Positions 25,159 through 39,028 of a DNA stretch of 64,000 nucleotides are shown here, one piece after another. Origin of the DNA: Chlorokybus atmophyticus (Eukaryota > Plantae > Mesostigma and Chlorokybus algae); contig RHPI01002955.1 of assembly GCA_009103225.1 (NCBI GenBank), forward strand, positions 30,486 through 94,485, given 5' to 3'. Every line of letters begins with the position of its first letter. Position 1 is the stretch's first letter. The notes below the pieces were generated by a model. The model was not told the origin of the DNA, made no database searches, and saw only the letters and a program-made list of their open reading frames with translations. Position numbers and translations under genes: made by a program.

Positions 25159-26226
25159 ATGGTGAACAACACCCAATGCATCAAGGTGCTGAGTAAGCAG
25201 CTCCAAAGCTTGATGGCTCGCCTTACCACCAATAAGGAGCGTTTACAAGTAGCTGAGGAGGCTGCCAATTCTGCCAACCAAAGCGCGTTCGCTGCAGAGG
25301 AGCGTCTACGTGCGGTGGAGGGGCGCTCAGCAACCTCTTTGGATGGAGTTGCTGCAGTGTCACCAGGTGCTGGAGGTTCTATTACGTCACCCTCCCATCA
25401 ATTTAAGCCAGCAAAACCGGACTTCTATCACGGTCAACGAGATGAGGACAAAGTTGATGCGTATTTATTTCATTATCGGCAGTACGTCGATCTTGCGCGT
25501 GTCCCATCGCATCAGCACGTCGTTGCTTTGGCCATGTATCTGCGAAATGCTGCATTGACATGGTGGAGGTCTTATTTGTCTCGTGTGGAGAGTGGAAATG
25601 CTCCAACGCTGTCAACCTTTGAAGAGTATGATGCGGAAGTGCGCAGGCAATTTGTTCCCATTACTAGTAAGCAAAGTGCTCGAAATCGCCTTCACGCATT
25701 GACTCAAATGACATCCGTTGCTGTCTACACGGAGAAGTTCTTGCACATGACTCTGTTTATCCCCGGCATGACTGATGAGGAGCGCTTGAACAAGTTTGTT
25801 CGTGGGCTCAAGCCACACATTCGCCTGGAAGTTGCGAAGTCTGATCCGGCCACTCTGCAAGATGCTATCAAGCGAGCGGAGCGTGCGGATGCTCTTCTTC
25901 AAAGATCTTTCTCTCAGTCCCGACCTGCTTCGCATGTGCGGCCTGGTCAACCATCACGCTACGAGGTGAAGTCATATGCTGCTGCTGCAAGTAGTGATGC
26001 TGATAGAGAGGAAAAAGGCGATGTTCCTTCTCTTGCTGCAACCTTTCAGCGTGCTGCTAAAGGCACCCATTCACGTGGTTTTTTTTGCTGGAATTGTGGA
26101 GACAAGTTCCACAAATTTACTGCTTGCAAAGAGTCTCGTCGACCTGAAGGAGTACTCCCCTTCAAGCCCAAGCATCTGAATGCGACAAGCAGCATCAAGC
26201 AGCAGGAAAACGGTCAGTCTCAGTAG
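25159..26226 (+). CDS. gag: Retrotransposon Gag with CCHC zinc knuckle
   Basis: Uninterrupted ORF: KPDFYHG, L...ALTWW, LHALTQ..SV..Y..F, F..GLKP.IR, CWNCGDKFHKFTAC. Confidence 0.9.
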   Translation: MVNNTQCIKVLSKQLQSLMARLTTNKERLQVAEEAANSANQSAFAAEERLRAVEGRSATSLDGVAAVSPGAGGSITSPSHQFKPAKPDFYHGQRDEDKVDAYLFHYRQYVDLARVPSHQHVVALAMYLRNAALTWWRSYLSRVESGNAPTLSTFEEYDAEVRRQFVPITSKQSARNRLHALTQMTSVAVYTEKFLHMTLFIPGMTDEERLNKFVRGLKPHIRLEVAKSDPATLQDAIKRAERADALLQRSFSQSRPASHVRPGQPSRYEVKSYAAAASSDADREEKGDVPSLAATFQRAAKGTHSRGFFCWNCGDKFHKFTACKESRRPEGVLPFKPKHLNATSSIKQQENGQSQ

Positions 26227-26252
26227 ACATTGGGGCTACTACTGAGACTAGG

Positions 26253-28100
26253 ATGCAGCCTCATGTGCGGACAGCTGAGTTGTTTACTGCATCTGCTTGC
26301 GATGGAGTTGAGTTGCACACGCATGCCCATGCGGGATTAATGATCCTCGAAGCCCAAGTCGGAGGTCACGATGGTCATTTTCTCGTCGATTGTGGCGCGA
26401 CGCACAACTTCCTCGATATCGAGTTTGCTCGCAGACATTCCTTACTGTCTAGCATTACTAGTGGCACCGTTATGTTCCCTGATGGGCATTGTGCTATGTC
26501 GGAGTTGAGCAACCGGGTATTGGTCGAGCTTACTCCAACCATAGATGATTTTCTGCAGTTCACTTGCACGTTGCTGCGTGGCAAGTATGTTGGCATTCTT
26601 GGCATGCCTTGGCTCGAGCTGCGAAACCCTTCTGTTGACTGGAGATTGAAGACGTTGTGTGTCCCTGTGGCACCTTCTTCATCTGCCATCATTTCAGCTA
26701 TGGGAGTTGACACATCTAGCCGGTACGCTTTATCTGTTACATGCCCATGCTCGACGGTTGTTCAGCAATGCACGCATCTACCGTGCGGGTATGTACGATC
26801 GGCTACACCGCATGTTGTCAATAACTCCACTGCTGTTGTCTCTGCTGTTGCTGATGCTCCGAAGAGGGATCGGCTTGAGACTATCATGCTGTCATCTCGT
26901 TGTGAATCCTTGACCAATAGAGCTTGTCACAAAGTTGAAGGCAGGCGTTTGAGACTTAGGCGCTCTCGTCCCGATCATGATGATGGGTCGTTGCTTTGTG
27001 CCCTCTCCCCTGCGAACTTTATGAGGCAAGTGTGCAGCAATGCAACGGACGGCTTGCTGTGTGTTATTAAGAAACGCAAGTATGATGGTGTTGCTGAGGA
27101 GACAAGTGGTGAGACTTCACGCACTCCGGAGTTGAAGACGCTGTTGCGTGACTTTGCTGATGTGCTGGTTGAAGGTCTACCCAGTGGTCTACCTCCAAGG
27201 AGACATGTTGATCACAGTGTGGAGTTGCTTCCTGGTGATCACAATCGCCATGTTTAAGATGTCCCCTGCTGAGGTGGCAGAAGCAGAGCGGCAAGTGCAG
27301 GACTTGCTGCACAGAGGTCTGATACGGCCCTCAAAGTCATCTTACGGTGCACCGATCCTGTTTGCAAGGAAGAAAGATGGCAAGCTGCGAATGTGCATTG
27401 ACTACCGTGGCTTAAACCGCATCACCAAAAAGAACAGATTCCCGCTGCCACGTATTGATGAATTAGAGCAATTGTCTGGATCTGCATTCTTCAGCAAGAT
27501 TGACTTGGCTGGTGCTTATCATCAAGTACGAGTTGCGGATGAGGACATTGAAAAGACTGCTTTCAACACTCGATATGGGCATTACGAATGGTTAGTCCTG
27601 ACCTTTGGTATGACAAACGCCCCAGCTACATTTCAGGTAATGATGAATGCGGTTTTCCGAGATTTGCTCGGCAAAGGAGTACTTGTCTACCTCGACGACA
27701 TCCTGGTGTACAGTACGACATTGAAGCACCTTGAGCTATTGAAGCAGGTGTTGCAACGTCTGCGAGAACACCAGTTATACGCACAACTCCCAACGTGTGA
27801 GTTTCTTCTTGATGAGGTGGAGTACCTTGGCCATGTTGTATCTGCTACTGGCATCCGTCTTAATCCACGAAAGATACAAGTTGTACGTGATTGGCCTGAC
27901 CTTACTACCAAAGCTGAGGTACAATCTTTCCTTGGACTTGCGGGGTACTACAGGCGCTTTATTGCCAACTACTCTCGCATTGCTGTTCCCCTTACCGCTC
28001 TTACTGCTGATAAGGCCAAGTTTCATTGGGGACTTGAGCAAAAGCAGGCTTTTGAGCAGTTGAAGATGGCATTGACTTCAACTCCTGTATTACTGTACCC
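26253..28100 (+). pseudogene. pol: Gypsy protease + reverse transcriptase, frameshifted and 3'-deleted
   Basis: FLVDCGATHNF, ILGMPWL; RT motifs SPYGAPILF-like, KKDGKLRMCIDYRGLN, FGMTNAPATFQ, VYLDDILVYS. Confidence 0.92.
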
Positions 28101-31100
28101 CCACCCTTACCTTACACCATTACAACTAGTAGTGCAGATTCGAGGACGAAGCTTCTGTAAGCGGGGAGGAGTTGTAACAAAGTTGGTATTACACTTGCTT
28201 TTAAGCTAAATTTCTAGCCCTTTTACCCCAAAACAGCCCTGTTTAACAGGCCTGACGCGTTATGCGTATATAAAGTTCCAAATCGCCGGGTTATGCCTAC
28301 ATCGAGGGCGCGCGTTAAAAAGGTCACGTAAGCGTTATGCGCTGACATTTGACCACCGTTGACAGTTTCTATGCGCCGACGCAGTTTTAAACAGCTAATA
28401 CACATGTTCTAGGCATGTGTTGGCGGTGTAGTCAACATAGTTGACTTCTACAATATTAGTATAGCCTCTTAGGTATATAAGTAGCTAGTATACTGCTAGG
28501 AAGGGAGGTTGGACCAAGCGGAAATTAAGTTATTTGCCCTTGTTGTGGACGGTGTGTGCGTGCTTGTGTAGTTTGCATCCATGGTGCGAATGTGCGCGTG
28601 GGTTTGCTTTTGCTACAGCTCTTGCACGGAACAGACTGCCCCCACAAGCTTTGAGGCGCCTACATTGCCCTCAAGGTGTTCAACCCCACGGTGCGAATAC
28701 TGTTGTTGATTGATTGCGAGTAGGTGCACGTGTGATAGCGCCATTGGTGTGCTCTGTTGCATCCTAGCTCGTTCATCAGGCTGGTAGCTCTGGTGAGGTG
28801 TTCAATCAGCACGAGCATCGTTACAACCGATGTGTTATGTGTATGTGTTGGGCGTGGAGGTGCAGCTTGAAAGAAGGGCGCCTCTCCTTGCTGCACTTGG
28901 TGGTGAAGCCATCAACAGCTGAGTGTTGCCTTACTCATTCGATAACCCCTCAAACATAATCCCCTACAATGGAATTGAAGGGAACCTTATGAAGGGGGGG
29001 GGGGGGGGGGGGGGGNATACGGTTTGCCATGCTATGGGCAATACGAGATATTCTTGTATGAGTAACGTGAACATGGCAACAATCTTTTGATACACTAATT
29101 ACAAGTGCGGCGAATTACAATATAGCATTCACTCACAACTTATGTAACATTTTAACAGTATACAGTATTTGATTCGCAATGAGTAATACACGATATGAAT
29201 ATGTAATGTATTGTTGTAAGAGATGGCATTCGGGTTATGTTAATGTACGCGTAGTATAAAAGTATAAACATGAAACGTTGTATGAAAAATGCAACCTTAT
29301 GTTGTCTCCTTGCCACTATGTATGCGATACCGTATGTGACGTTAATCCTTATTGATAAGGAGATTGTTCAAGGTGTATGCAACGGCATGCAATATACTAT
29401 CACAGTTTTTACTCAAGAACAGTAGGATGTAAGCTCGTGTTGACTCTCTACGAATGTACGCACTATGTGTCATCAGCATGTCAATCTTTGTCAGCGAGAC
29501 ATTCAATTGCTTTTAAGTTGCATAAAAGTCATATTGCAACCCGGTTTCGTAAACCGGGTATCATTAGCAAGGAGACATCTATTCATTATTTGACTATTGC
29601 TGATTATCAAACAAGTAACATTAATAAGCGAAAAGAGTTAAAAATTGAGGTACGCTTACTGGCATTGCGCAGATACATGCATATATGAGGCACCCTGGTG
29701 TGCTATTGCTGGGTTGCTCGCATGGTGTCTTGCCGCACTACATTTTGTGGTGCTCACACATGAAAAAAACGGCAATTTCGGGACTTTTAAGGTTTTCAAC
29801 AACATACCAGCAGAAAAAATCAATTGTCCCCAAATTGTCAATGAGATTTATGTGTAGCCTGAGAGCCTCTGAATTTAATCAATGAACTTGTTGTACCGTA
29901 TTATAAGTGTTGCTAAACTTCCTCTTAGCAAAGAGGGCTATATTTGAAGATGTAAGCCTTACATTGCAAGCACGAGGACTTGAGTAGTCCTTGTGCTTGT
30001 ATATATGCTAAATAGTTTTATACGAACAAGCAAGTAAGTGAGTTGAAACAAACCTCTGTGGACGTCAATGATATGGTATAATGCATAAGGGAATGGCTTC
30101 TCACCGCTCATTACGACAACACGCGCAAACATTAACATTGTTAATAATGTAGCATACAATCGAATTGCAGCTCGTGCGGGACTTTAATGCATGCTTCATT
30201 GCAAAACGGCAGGCGACGGGGGTGGCTTATGCGTTCTTTGCGGGTGGGATGCAACATTGCATAGCTCACCACCGCCATGCCCAATAACAAGTGCAAAGCT
30301 ATTTGTGCGCAGTGTCCAGTCATATACTCACATGCACAGTGTCGTGTCTTCTATGCATATGCGTATACGCAATTAGCTCAGCTAGTAGTACCCAGATGCT
30401 TGTGTATGCATGGCTAATATTGGTTGTTACATTATTGCCAGTGGGTGGGGGTTGAGGTTCTTTGAGTTCAGTTCTAGGATTCCATAAGATCATAAGTTCA
30501 TCAGCGTGCATTGTATGCGCTTCATGACCTTATATATCATTGTCTTTTTGTAACGCGCATACTTGCTACTATATGTACACGCGTGACGTGTGCACGCCAC
30601 TACGTAAAAGATGTGCATGCCTGCTATGGCCTGAGCAATGCAGCTAACGCTCCTCCGACAACATTGCATGTGTAAGCTAGCATATTCATAAAACTTGTGA
30701 GCTGTCGCCTGTAGGCAAATGGCAAGCTCAAGTTTGGCTTTTGAGCCCAAACCAATAGCCCCCTCGACGAGCTCGGCAAGTAAGGAGCGCTTCTTCTCAT
30801 GCAACTTGCTGGTGGATGCCGGACCATCATCGATTCACGGGTTTCAATCCCACAAAGCAAGAGAACGCGGCATGTGCATCGCGATCATCAAGAGCTGTCA
30901 CCATTGACTCACACAGGAGCTGGTCACCTGCAAGCAAGTTGGGTGTCTATACGAACTTCAACTCCTCCTTAAAGTTAATTTGAAAGGGACATGGGTTACC
31001 CAACTCTGTCATGAAATGTTGCATTGTCTTGTACTGGCTTCGTAGCAGCTGCAACTTGTAGTGGCAACATGTCTTAATGTCTACCGACATAGCTTGATAA

Positions 31101-31235
31101 CGTTATGAAGCGCAGTAAAACTACCATTTCTCGAAAGCAATTGATAAGCATGTTTAGAGACCATCAAGCTGATTGTTATATTGCATTGCATTGCGCCACA
31201 ACTTTGCAAAGCGGAACTTTGAGAACTCACGTGAC

Positions 31236-31274
<39 letters not shown>

Positions 31275-32498
31275 AGGAGGAGGCAATGGAGGGGATGAGG
31301 GCGATGAGGTGGGCCTCCACGAATTGAAATCCGCGCTATAGAGCTCCCGTTGAATCTCAATCGTTCGCAGGGCAATTGCGCAGACCACAGCTCACTACTT
31401 GCGTGGCTTGACTTTTCCCCTAGCCTGTTTTGCCGCTCACCATGGACGCGGCCAGGACGTTAATCTTACTTAAGGCTTGGAGCGGGCGCGATCAGACTCG
31501 CTAATAGCCCCTCTCGCACCCGAATTTTTTGACCCACTATGCTGGAGAGGCTTCTCCTCCCCTGCCAGCTTCCCTGCTAGGGCTGAAGCCGGGGGAATGA
31601 AAGTCGGTAGATGCGCAGCACCCTCTCGCGTAGCAGGCCGGCTATGCACACGGAATTTTTTCCACGGACCAGCCATGGTCCGCACGTACGGACCAGGGCC
31701 AAAACGCGGCTTGGGGCCCGGACCAGGGCCGCCCGCCTTGGTCCGAACACGGGGACCAAGCCTGGTCAAAAAATGCGGGTTTGTCACGCTTGGTCCCGGG
31801 ATCAGGACTAGCCGTGGTCTCGGTACAAAACCGATGAAAATGGACCATACATGGTTCTTTGTATTTTATTTGGGGACCATCATTGGTCTGAGATCGTGTT
31901 TTGCAAGTCTATTTGCCTGTGACAGGAGCCATGGTCTTTACCTACGGACTATGGCTTGTGCGCGTCTGCTGAGATAGTTTACAGCCTGGTTTGTTGACCG
32001 GTCGGCTGCAGCCGGCCGGTCATTGAGAATTGACCAGTAGCGGTCAAATGCTTTTGATTACTTTGGCAATTAACTCCCGAGCAGACTGCGCCATACATGA
32101 TTGTAGCAGCACACACGCAGTACAGCAAGATATACATAAACAAGTGTAAATCACGTGTCCATGTTGTACAGGTATCGCTACAACGGAGCAAAAACCCTAC
32201 CACAAGCCTTCACATCTGAACTGCTGCAACGCACATATCAACAAGCAATGTACGCACACAACAAGCGACAGCCGACCGACATACAAGCACAGTCGTAAGC
32301 ATATGAATTTAAAACTTGTACCTCCTGCTTATGATACAGCCCGCTGCTGAGTCCCTCCTCCTTCCCAAGGCGGCCACACCTTGGCAAGTGGGTAGGGCGT
32401 GCACATGTGCGTCTGCATGTGTGCGCAAGCACGTTCACATTGGGACAACCGTCGACAGCCACTGAGAATACTGCCATTGTACAAGAATACAACAACTC

Positions 32499-32751
<253 letters not shown>

Positions 32752-32771
32752 NCCCCTCCCGCCTACACACA

Positions 32772-32848
32772 CCTCTTGTGGCCTTGGAGAGCGAAATCCG
32801 CTCACTCCCGCCAGGTCCACGAGCCAGAGCTTGCCGGGGAATACATCC
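32772..32848 (-). pseudogene. Isolated kinesin motor-domain exon fragment (switch II)
   Basis: AG/GT-bounded segment reading GKLWLVDLAG then, after a 1-nt frameshift, SERISLSKAT. Confidence 0.7.
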
Positions 32849-35800
32849 TGGTGTGCAACAAGCAGGGTAGAGTAGACAGAGTTAGTGGTTGAGGCAGCGC
32901 TTTACGCTTTACGCAGCAATAAGCATAGCATAAAGAAATATATGCGTGTGGTCTCTCGGTTGGTGCGTGTCATTGTGTGCTTGAACACAACAGGCATGAG
33001 CTGGAAACCAAAGCATGTGCATGTGTTTGCACTTGATCAATGCGCATATGTCATACAAACATGCGCGCGCACGCATGAACACACATATGGGCTAGATTCC
33101 ATTGAGTATCGCTGTCTTATAAGCGGCATTGGTTAGTGCCGTCGCCGATCTCGTTTATAGTGACTGCCTCATAAGTTACACTACTCAATGCAGCATATGA
33201 GGCAGTTACTGTCGGAATTGCCTATAGTAACTGCCTCATAGTCTGCACTGAATAGTGCAGCCTATGAGACGGCTGCGGTAGATCTATGAGCCATTCTAAC
33301 TTGTGTGCATGTGTGCATGATGAAAAGCCCATCGGAGAGAGTAAGAGACCATGCATGCTTGCAAACATGCCCGCGTGTGTGCGCTTGCGCGTGTACTTGC
33401 GGATGCGCGAACATATCCTCCCCCTCCCCTTACCTCTCCGCTCACCTTGCGATGCAGCAGGTGCATCTGATTTGCCTCCAGTCCCGCACCCTGTGAAGAG
33501 CAGCAGCATCGCGCTCCCCAGCGACAGTGATGTCGCCGATCGCATGCAGTGCCTGTTTCAAACACATGTACGGTGTTACATACGATTGTGTACGTGCACA
33601 AGCAGTCGCGTACGCACACCTTAGCACAGGCGTATGCATGCATGCACGCACGTGTGTGTGCATGCGCGCTCGCACACACATGCACGGTGCATGCGTGTAC
33701 TCTGGGTGCGTATATGCATGTGTGCACGTGTGTGCACGGACAGCGCCTATGCTTTCTAGTCTACAAGTGCAGCTGGCTCATGGGCCGCAATAATCAGGGT
33801 GGTCTATGAGCTAGCCTATAGCAACTGCCTCATAGACACTGGTCAGTGCAGCGCACTGACCAGTGCTTATGAGCCAGCCTCATAGGCTGCACTATGAAAG
33901 CGTGTAGCCCAACAAATGTGTGCACTCAGGCACGCACCGTTGCGCACTCATGCGCCTGACACACACCAATTGCACAAACGCACACACTCATGTGCAAACA
34001 CACTCATCGCACCTTGACGAGGCCGAGGGCACGGAGCTGGGGCGAGTAGTGCTTGCGTACGCAGAGCTGTGCACCACACAAACTTCTCTCGTTTAGCAGC
34101 GAGTTGCTAATTAAGCTTGGGGGGCAGTCCGCATACCTGCACGTGTGCTACTGCGTGACCGCATGCACATGCGTACAATTGCATGCGCGCATGCTTGTAT
34201 GTGTATGCGTGCACGTCTTTTGTAAGGAGAGAGGGGGGAGGGGGGGGGCACCTGTTCAAATGCATAACTGCCTCATGGGCCGCACTGGACATTCAGTGCG
34301 GCCTATGAGGCAATTGCTGGCGCATGGGCCGCACTCGACAGACTGTCAGGCATGCAGTGCCTAATGAGTGCGGTTATGAGCTCAAACTGGACCAGTATAT
34401 GCACGTGTTTGTACGTGTGTGTGCCAATCCAGACATGTGCACTTGGATGCGTGCATGCATGCGTGTGTGCAGGTGCTTGCGCATGCACGTGCATACGTGC
34501 GAAAGCGCGCACGCCCCCCCCCCNCGAGTCTCTCTTATTTTTTCCCTTTCCCTCCCCCGCTCACCTTGAGGTCCAGCTGCAGCACCCCTCGGTCATGCAC
34601 CGTGCGAATGGCAGCAGCGTCAGGCTGTCCCCACCGATGGTGACACCCTAGATAAGCACTGCACTGTTCATTGCGCGGCTTAGGGGGCAAGCCCTACGCC
34701 TGGCAAGGGTGTTTTAATAGTGTTGAGGACATGTGTTTTTTTTGTATGACCAGAGCCACAGACACGCACGCATGAACACGCACACGAGCGCACCTGCAAG
34801 TACCCAGCGCGGGCAGCGCGTTGAGTAGGTGGGGACAAGCGCGTGTGTGTTGGCAAGTGCACATGCGTGTGTGCTTGCATGTCAAAGACCCTCCATCTCA
34901 ATCAGGCCGTGTCGTCGGGGCCCGGCAGCAGCCTGTGGCACCCTGCGTATTAGACACAAACATTGTCATAGACCGTACATCGGTCTATGGCGCTTTTGAA
35001 CAGCCGTCAATGAGTTCTACAATCCATCGACTAGGCATTATTGCCTCATAGGCTGCACTGTCTAGTGCAGCCTATGAGGCAGGTAATATCTGTCTATAGC
35101 GCAATACTACAAAATGTGTTCGTGACAACGAGCACATGCGTGCTTGCACGTGCATGCCCATAAGCATGCGCATGCATACGCAATTAGTTGGGTAAGTGGC
35201 TGGTGAGTAGGCTCTTGAGCAAACGTACTCGTGGTTGTGAGTACAAGTACAAGCAAGCACTGCTTGCTTAGAACGTGGTTGAACCACGTCCTCAGCTGAA
35301 CCGTTCAGCACACGCAGTTGGGTCATGCACACACTCCCCTCCTTTTCCCTCCCCTTACCCCTCCTCTCACCTTGAGGTCGCAGCAGGTGCATTTACTTGA
35401 AGAGCCTCCCAGTCCCACACCCTGACCAGAACAGCAGCATTGGACTCCCCCCTGACCGACAGTGACGCGTCGGGTCACCTGTGCAGTGACTGTCTTCAAC
35501 ACATGTGTTCATGCCCAACAGTCATGAACATGTTCGTACGCCAAAGCACGTGCGCACACACATAAACATACACGTGCACATATGTATGCATGTATATATG
35601 ACTATGCGCACGCACACGCGCGCCTGCAAGCTTTCTGTGTAATGTTTTTAAAACACAATGATATACACACATGATCAATCTCACGGCGCCTTTAGGCAGG
35701 AGTTGCCTGCCATTTGCACGGTGGCCACGCCTCCTCCGTCAAGCAGCTTCTGGTTGTCCTCATTTCACTTGAGCATTCGCCTGCATGATCCAGGAAGTCA

Positions 35801-38800
35801 ATTTGCAGTACACCAACCATGCAAAGCAACTTTACCTAATCTAGTTGCTAGCCCATGGAGCTGTGGGCACAAGGCAATTAGCCTCTGGGCAAAAGTCGAC
35901 ATGCGCATGTGCATTAACCCCGTTTATTTGTGACCCAGCAGCCATCAGCTGCCGACTTGGGCTTGGTACAAGATCAGAGGCATGCTCATCCATCACAACC
36001 GGTATTGCAGCTACAATTCGATCAGCCAGCCAGTTGACAAAAAGCACACAAATGAGTTGTTACATGTTGTCATGCATACATGACCACCAAAAGCAGCACT
36101 TACAAACCACTGGTCAGCACATACAAATTGCTGCCGGCCGGCTGCACCCATCACAATGACACAAGTACAAGCAAAAAACAACATCAGCTGCAAAATAAAC
36201 AACTGCGGCAGCAGCAGCCTGACTGAGCAGGCGATGTTGCACTGCTTGCATGAAGCCTACAGCGGCAACAATGCTCAAGTATGTGAATGCTTTGGCTATC
36301 AGCAAAGAACTTCCATAAACAAACTAATGCTCACCAACACTGCCCGCACCACCCACCGCCGCCGCCAGCTTTGACCGCAGTGCCAAAAACGGCGCATCCA
36401 GTAGGTTCCATGGATGCTTTCGGCAAGCGATGATAAACTAGGGTAAATAGAGCGAACTTCGTAGTACGCCCTGATTTCGTTACCTGTCATTGTAACTGCT
36501 CTGGCAGGCGCATCTCTGCTTTGATTGGTCTGATATTATAGGGTATAATCTACATGGGTGTAGGCTTCTATAGAGCTAAAAAGTAGAGCGAACGGACTTG
36601 TGTGGCGGCTTACTCCATTTTTTGAATAGGGGATATATAGGACATTTTTAATGTGTACATGGTACCCTAACTTTAACAGATTATAACTTGGGCTGTAGTT
36701 GTCAGAATTAGGTGAAGTTAAGCGCAAACAAGTCCTTGTATAATGCTTTGACAATGTCCAAACTTTCACATCAATTTTTACGCGGGGGTGCGAAAGTTAT
36801 CAAACTAGGGTGATGGGGGTAACGCGTGACGCATTGGTGAAAAACAAAAATGTGCTATACTTGGCTTGCACGTTTGAAATTTGGCGCGCTTGCCTAACGT
36901 GTGGGGATGTTTAAAATGAGTTGTGAGAGTGACCAGCCCACTCAAGCCATTGTGAGTTGAGCTAGTGCATTGGAGGGTTGAGTGCGGGTTGCTAGGTACA
37001 TCTTGGGGTGAGATTGCAGTGCATACAAGTGTGTTAGCCGCGATGCAGCAATCAGCAATGTGTTTTGAGTGTTAGTAGCAAGCAAGCAATCAGAAAAGAA
37101 GACAAGGAGTAGCTAGTTGCAGAAGAATAGTGTTGGGCAGTCTAGCTCATACTTCTACCTCATACTAGGACTACCTCTACCTCCACCTATGCCAGGCAGC
37201 AAGGGAGTTCGGGTGGGTGTGCAGTGTCGCTGGAACTGCAGCATCATCCTTGTGGCTTGCATGCCACTCAGACCACCCGTTGTCACTCATGTTGTTGCGT
37301 GCATGTGCATGCAGGGCAGCAAGCGTGTTAGAGCGAAAGCACCCAGCAAAAAGGGACCCAGAGGCAGCTATATTAACCACCGCCTCCACTTGGAAGACAT
37401 CAACCGTGTGGTGAATGCAGTCAACAGAGGGTGTATGACTGTGGGCATAGCAACAAGAGAGCTCAACATGCCCTACACCACATTCCGCGACTATTGCCAG
37501 CACCTAGACAAGCTGCAACATTACAAGTAAGTAGAGTTAGTGTGTGCTGACAGTGTGCATGTATATGAGTGTGCAAAGTTGCCAACTGAAATGCATGCTG
37601 TGTAGGCGTCCAGGTGCTCCCTCTCTGCTATCTGAGGCAGAGGAGAAGGACCTGGCAGAGTATGTGAATGCACGAAACCAAGTGGGAAGGGCAATGGCAT
37701 GGACGGAGATCTGCCTTGAAGTTGGCAAACGGCTTGCAAAAGATGAAAGAAGACTGCAGCTGCAGCATGGCTTACCTGGGCGGAAATGGTGTGATGCCTT
37801 TCAAGCGAGGAACAACCTCACTTCAAGGAAGGCTGAACCTCTGGATCGCTCCAGGAGGGTGGGGTTGAGCAGGTCAGTGGTTGAGCATTACTTCAACTTG
37901 TTGGAGGAGGTTGTGCACAAGTTGGGAGTGGGCCCTGACCGCATTATCTCTGCTGACGAGATTGGTGTGGAACCTGACACGGCAATGCAAAATTAGAGAG
38001 TGATAGTGGCAAGGTGAGATGCATTGTGTGATGCAAGGCATGCTGCATGCAATGCACAATGCAAACTCAGGTAGACTCTGACTCATATGGCTTGTGTGTT
38101 TGCAGTGGTTCCAAGTGGGCTCAAACTGCCACCACTGGCAGCAGAGAGCATGTGACCCTGATGTGTGCTGTGAGTGGTGCTGGATATGTATTCCCACCTT
38201 TGGTGATTGTCAAGGGCCAGAGACTCACGGGTGACTACAAGATCTTTGACGTGGCTGGAGCACGCTTCAAGGCACAAGAAAACGCATGGATGACTACTGA
38301 CATCTTTGAGGCGTGGGTGGAGAAGATTCTGGTAGCACACATGCCGGGAGGGGTCTCTACTACCAACCCTGCCCTGCTGGTCATTGATGGACATGTGAGC
38401 CGCTACAACCCTGCAATGATACAGTTCGCCAAAGATGCTGGCCTGCATATCCTCATCCTTCCTCCTCACACCACGCACAGACTGCAAGTGCTAGATGTGA
38501 GTTGCTTCCATCCATTCAAGGAGGAGTACATAAAACAATAGTAAGAGAGGATGCGCAAGCGCTACAACTACCACCTGTCTCGTGATGAGTTCCTAGGCTT
38601 GATGGTGCAACCATTCAGAGTTGGACTCTCCCCGCAAAACATCATCAACGGATTTCGTGCATGCGGACTCTACCCCCTAGACAAGCACTGTGTGGACAAG
38701 TACCTGCCCCCTGTGCAGCCGGCAGGCCATCTGGGAGCCCTGCTGGAAGCAATTGATGCAGAAGACGATGCCAACGCTGCTGCGGATGCCACGAACCCAG

Positions 38801-39028
38801 AGGTGGAGGACTGCACCCTCCACACAAAAGCTCCCAAGAGAAGGAGAGGTGTCACTTCAGCCCACTTGCTCACCAGTGATGAGGCACATGCAATGCTAGT
38901 AGAACAACACAACGAGAAGGAACGCAAACGCCAAGCCAAGGTTAGGAGAGCAGAAGACAGGGAAGAGAAGGCCGAGGCAGCGAAGTTCGCTGCTGCTGAG
39001 AAGGGGAAGGCTCAAGCAGTGAAGAAAG

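Larger units (their letters stand above)
24413..28825 (+). mobile_element. Gypsy family B element with both LTRs and 5-bp TSD, lacking RNase H and integrase
   Basis: 653-bp LTRs (24413-25065, 28173-28825), TSD ACCGA, Met-type PBS TGGTATCGGAGC, PPT GCGGGGAGGAG; gag, protease and RT present. Confidence 0.97.

Noticed and set aside
29900-30160. Helitron/PIF1 helicase motif (ALYHIIDVHRGL)
   Set aside because: Weak single-motif resemblance with no other helicase or Rep motifs.
31081-31375. Poly-Ala, poly-Gly and poly-Arg ORFs
   Set aside because: They are explained by a (GGC)n microsatellite; no recognisable domain in the adjoining sequence.
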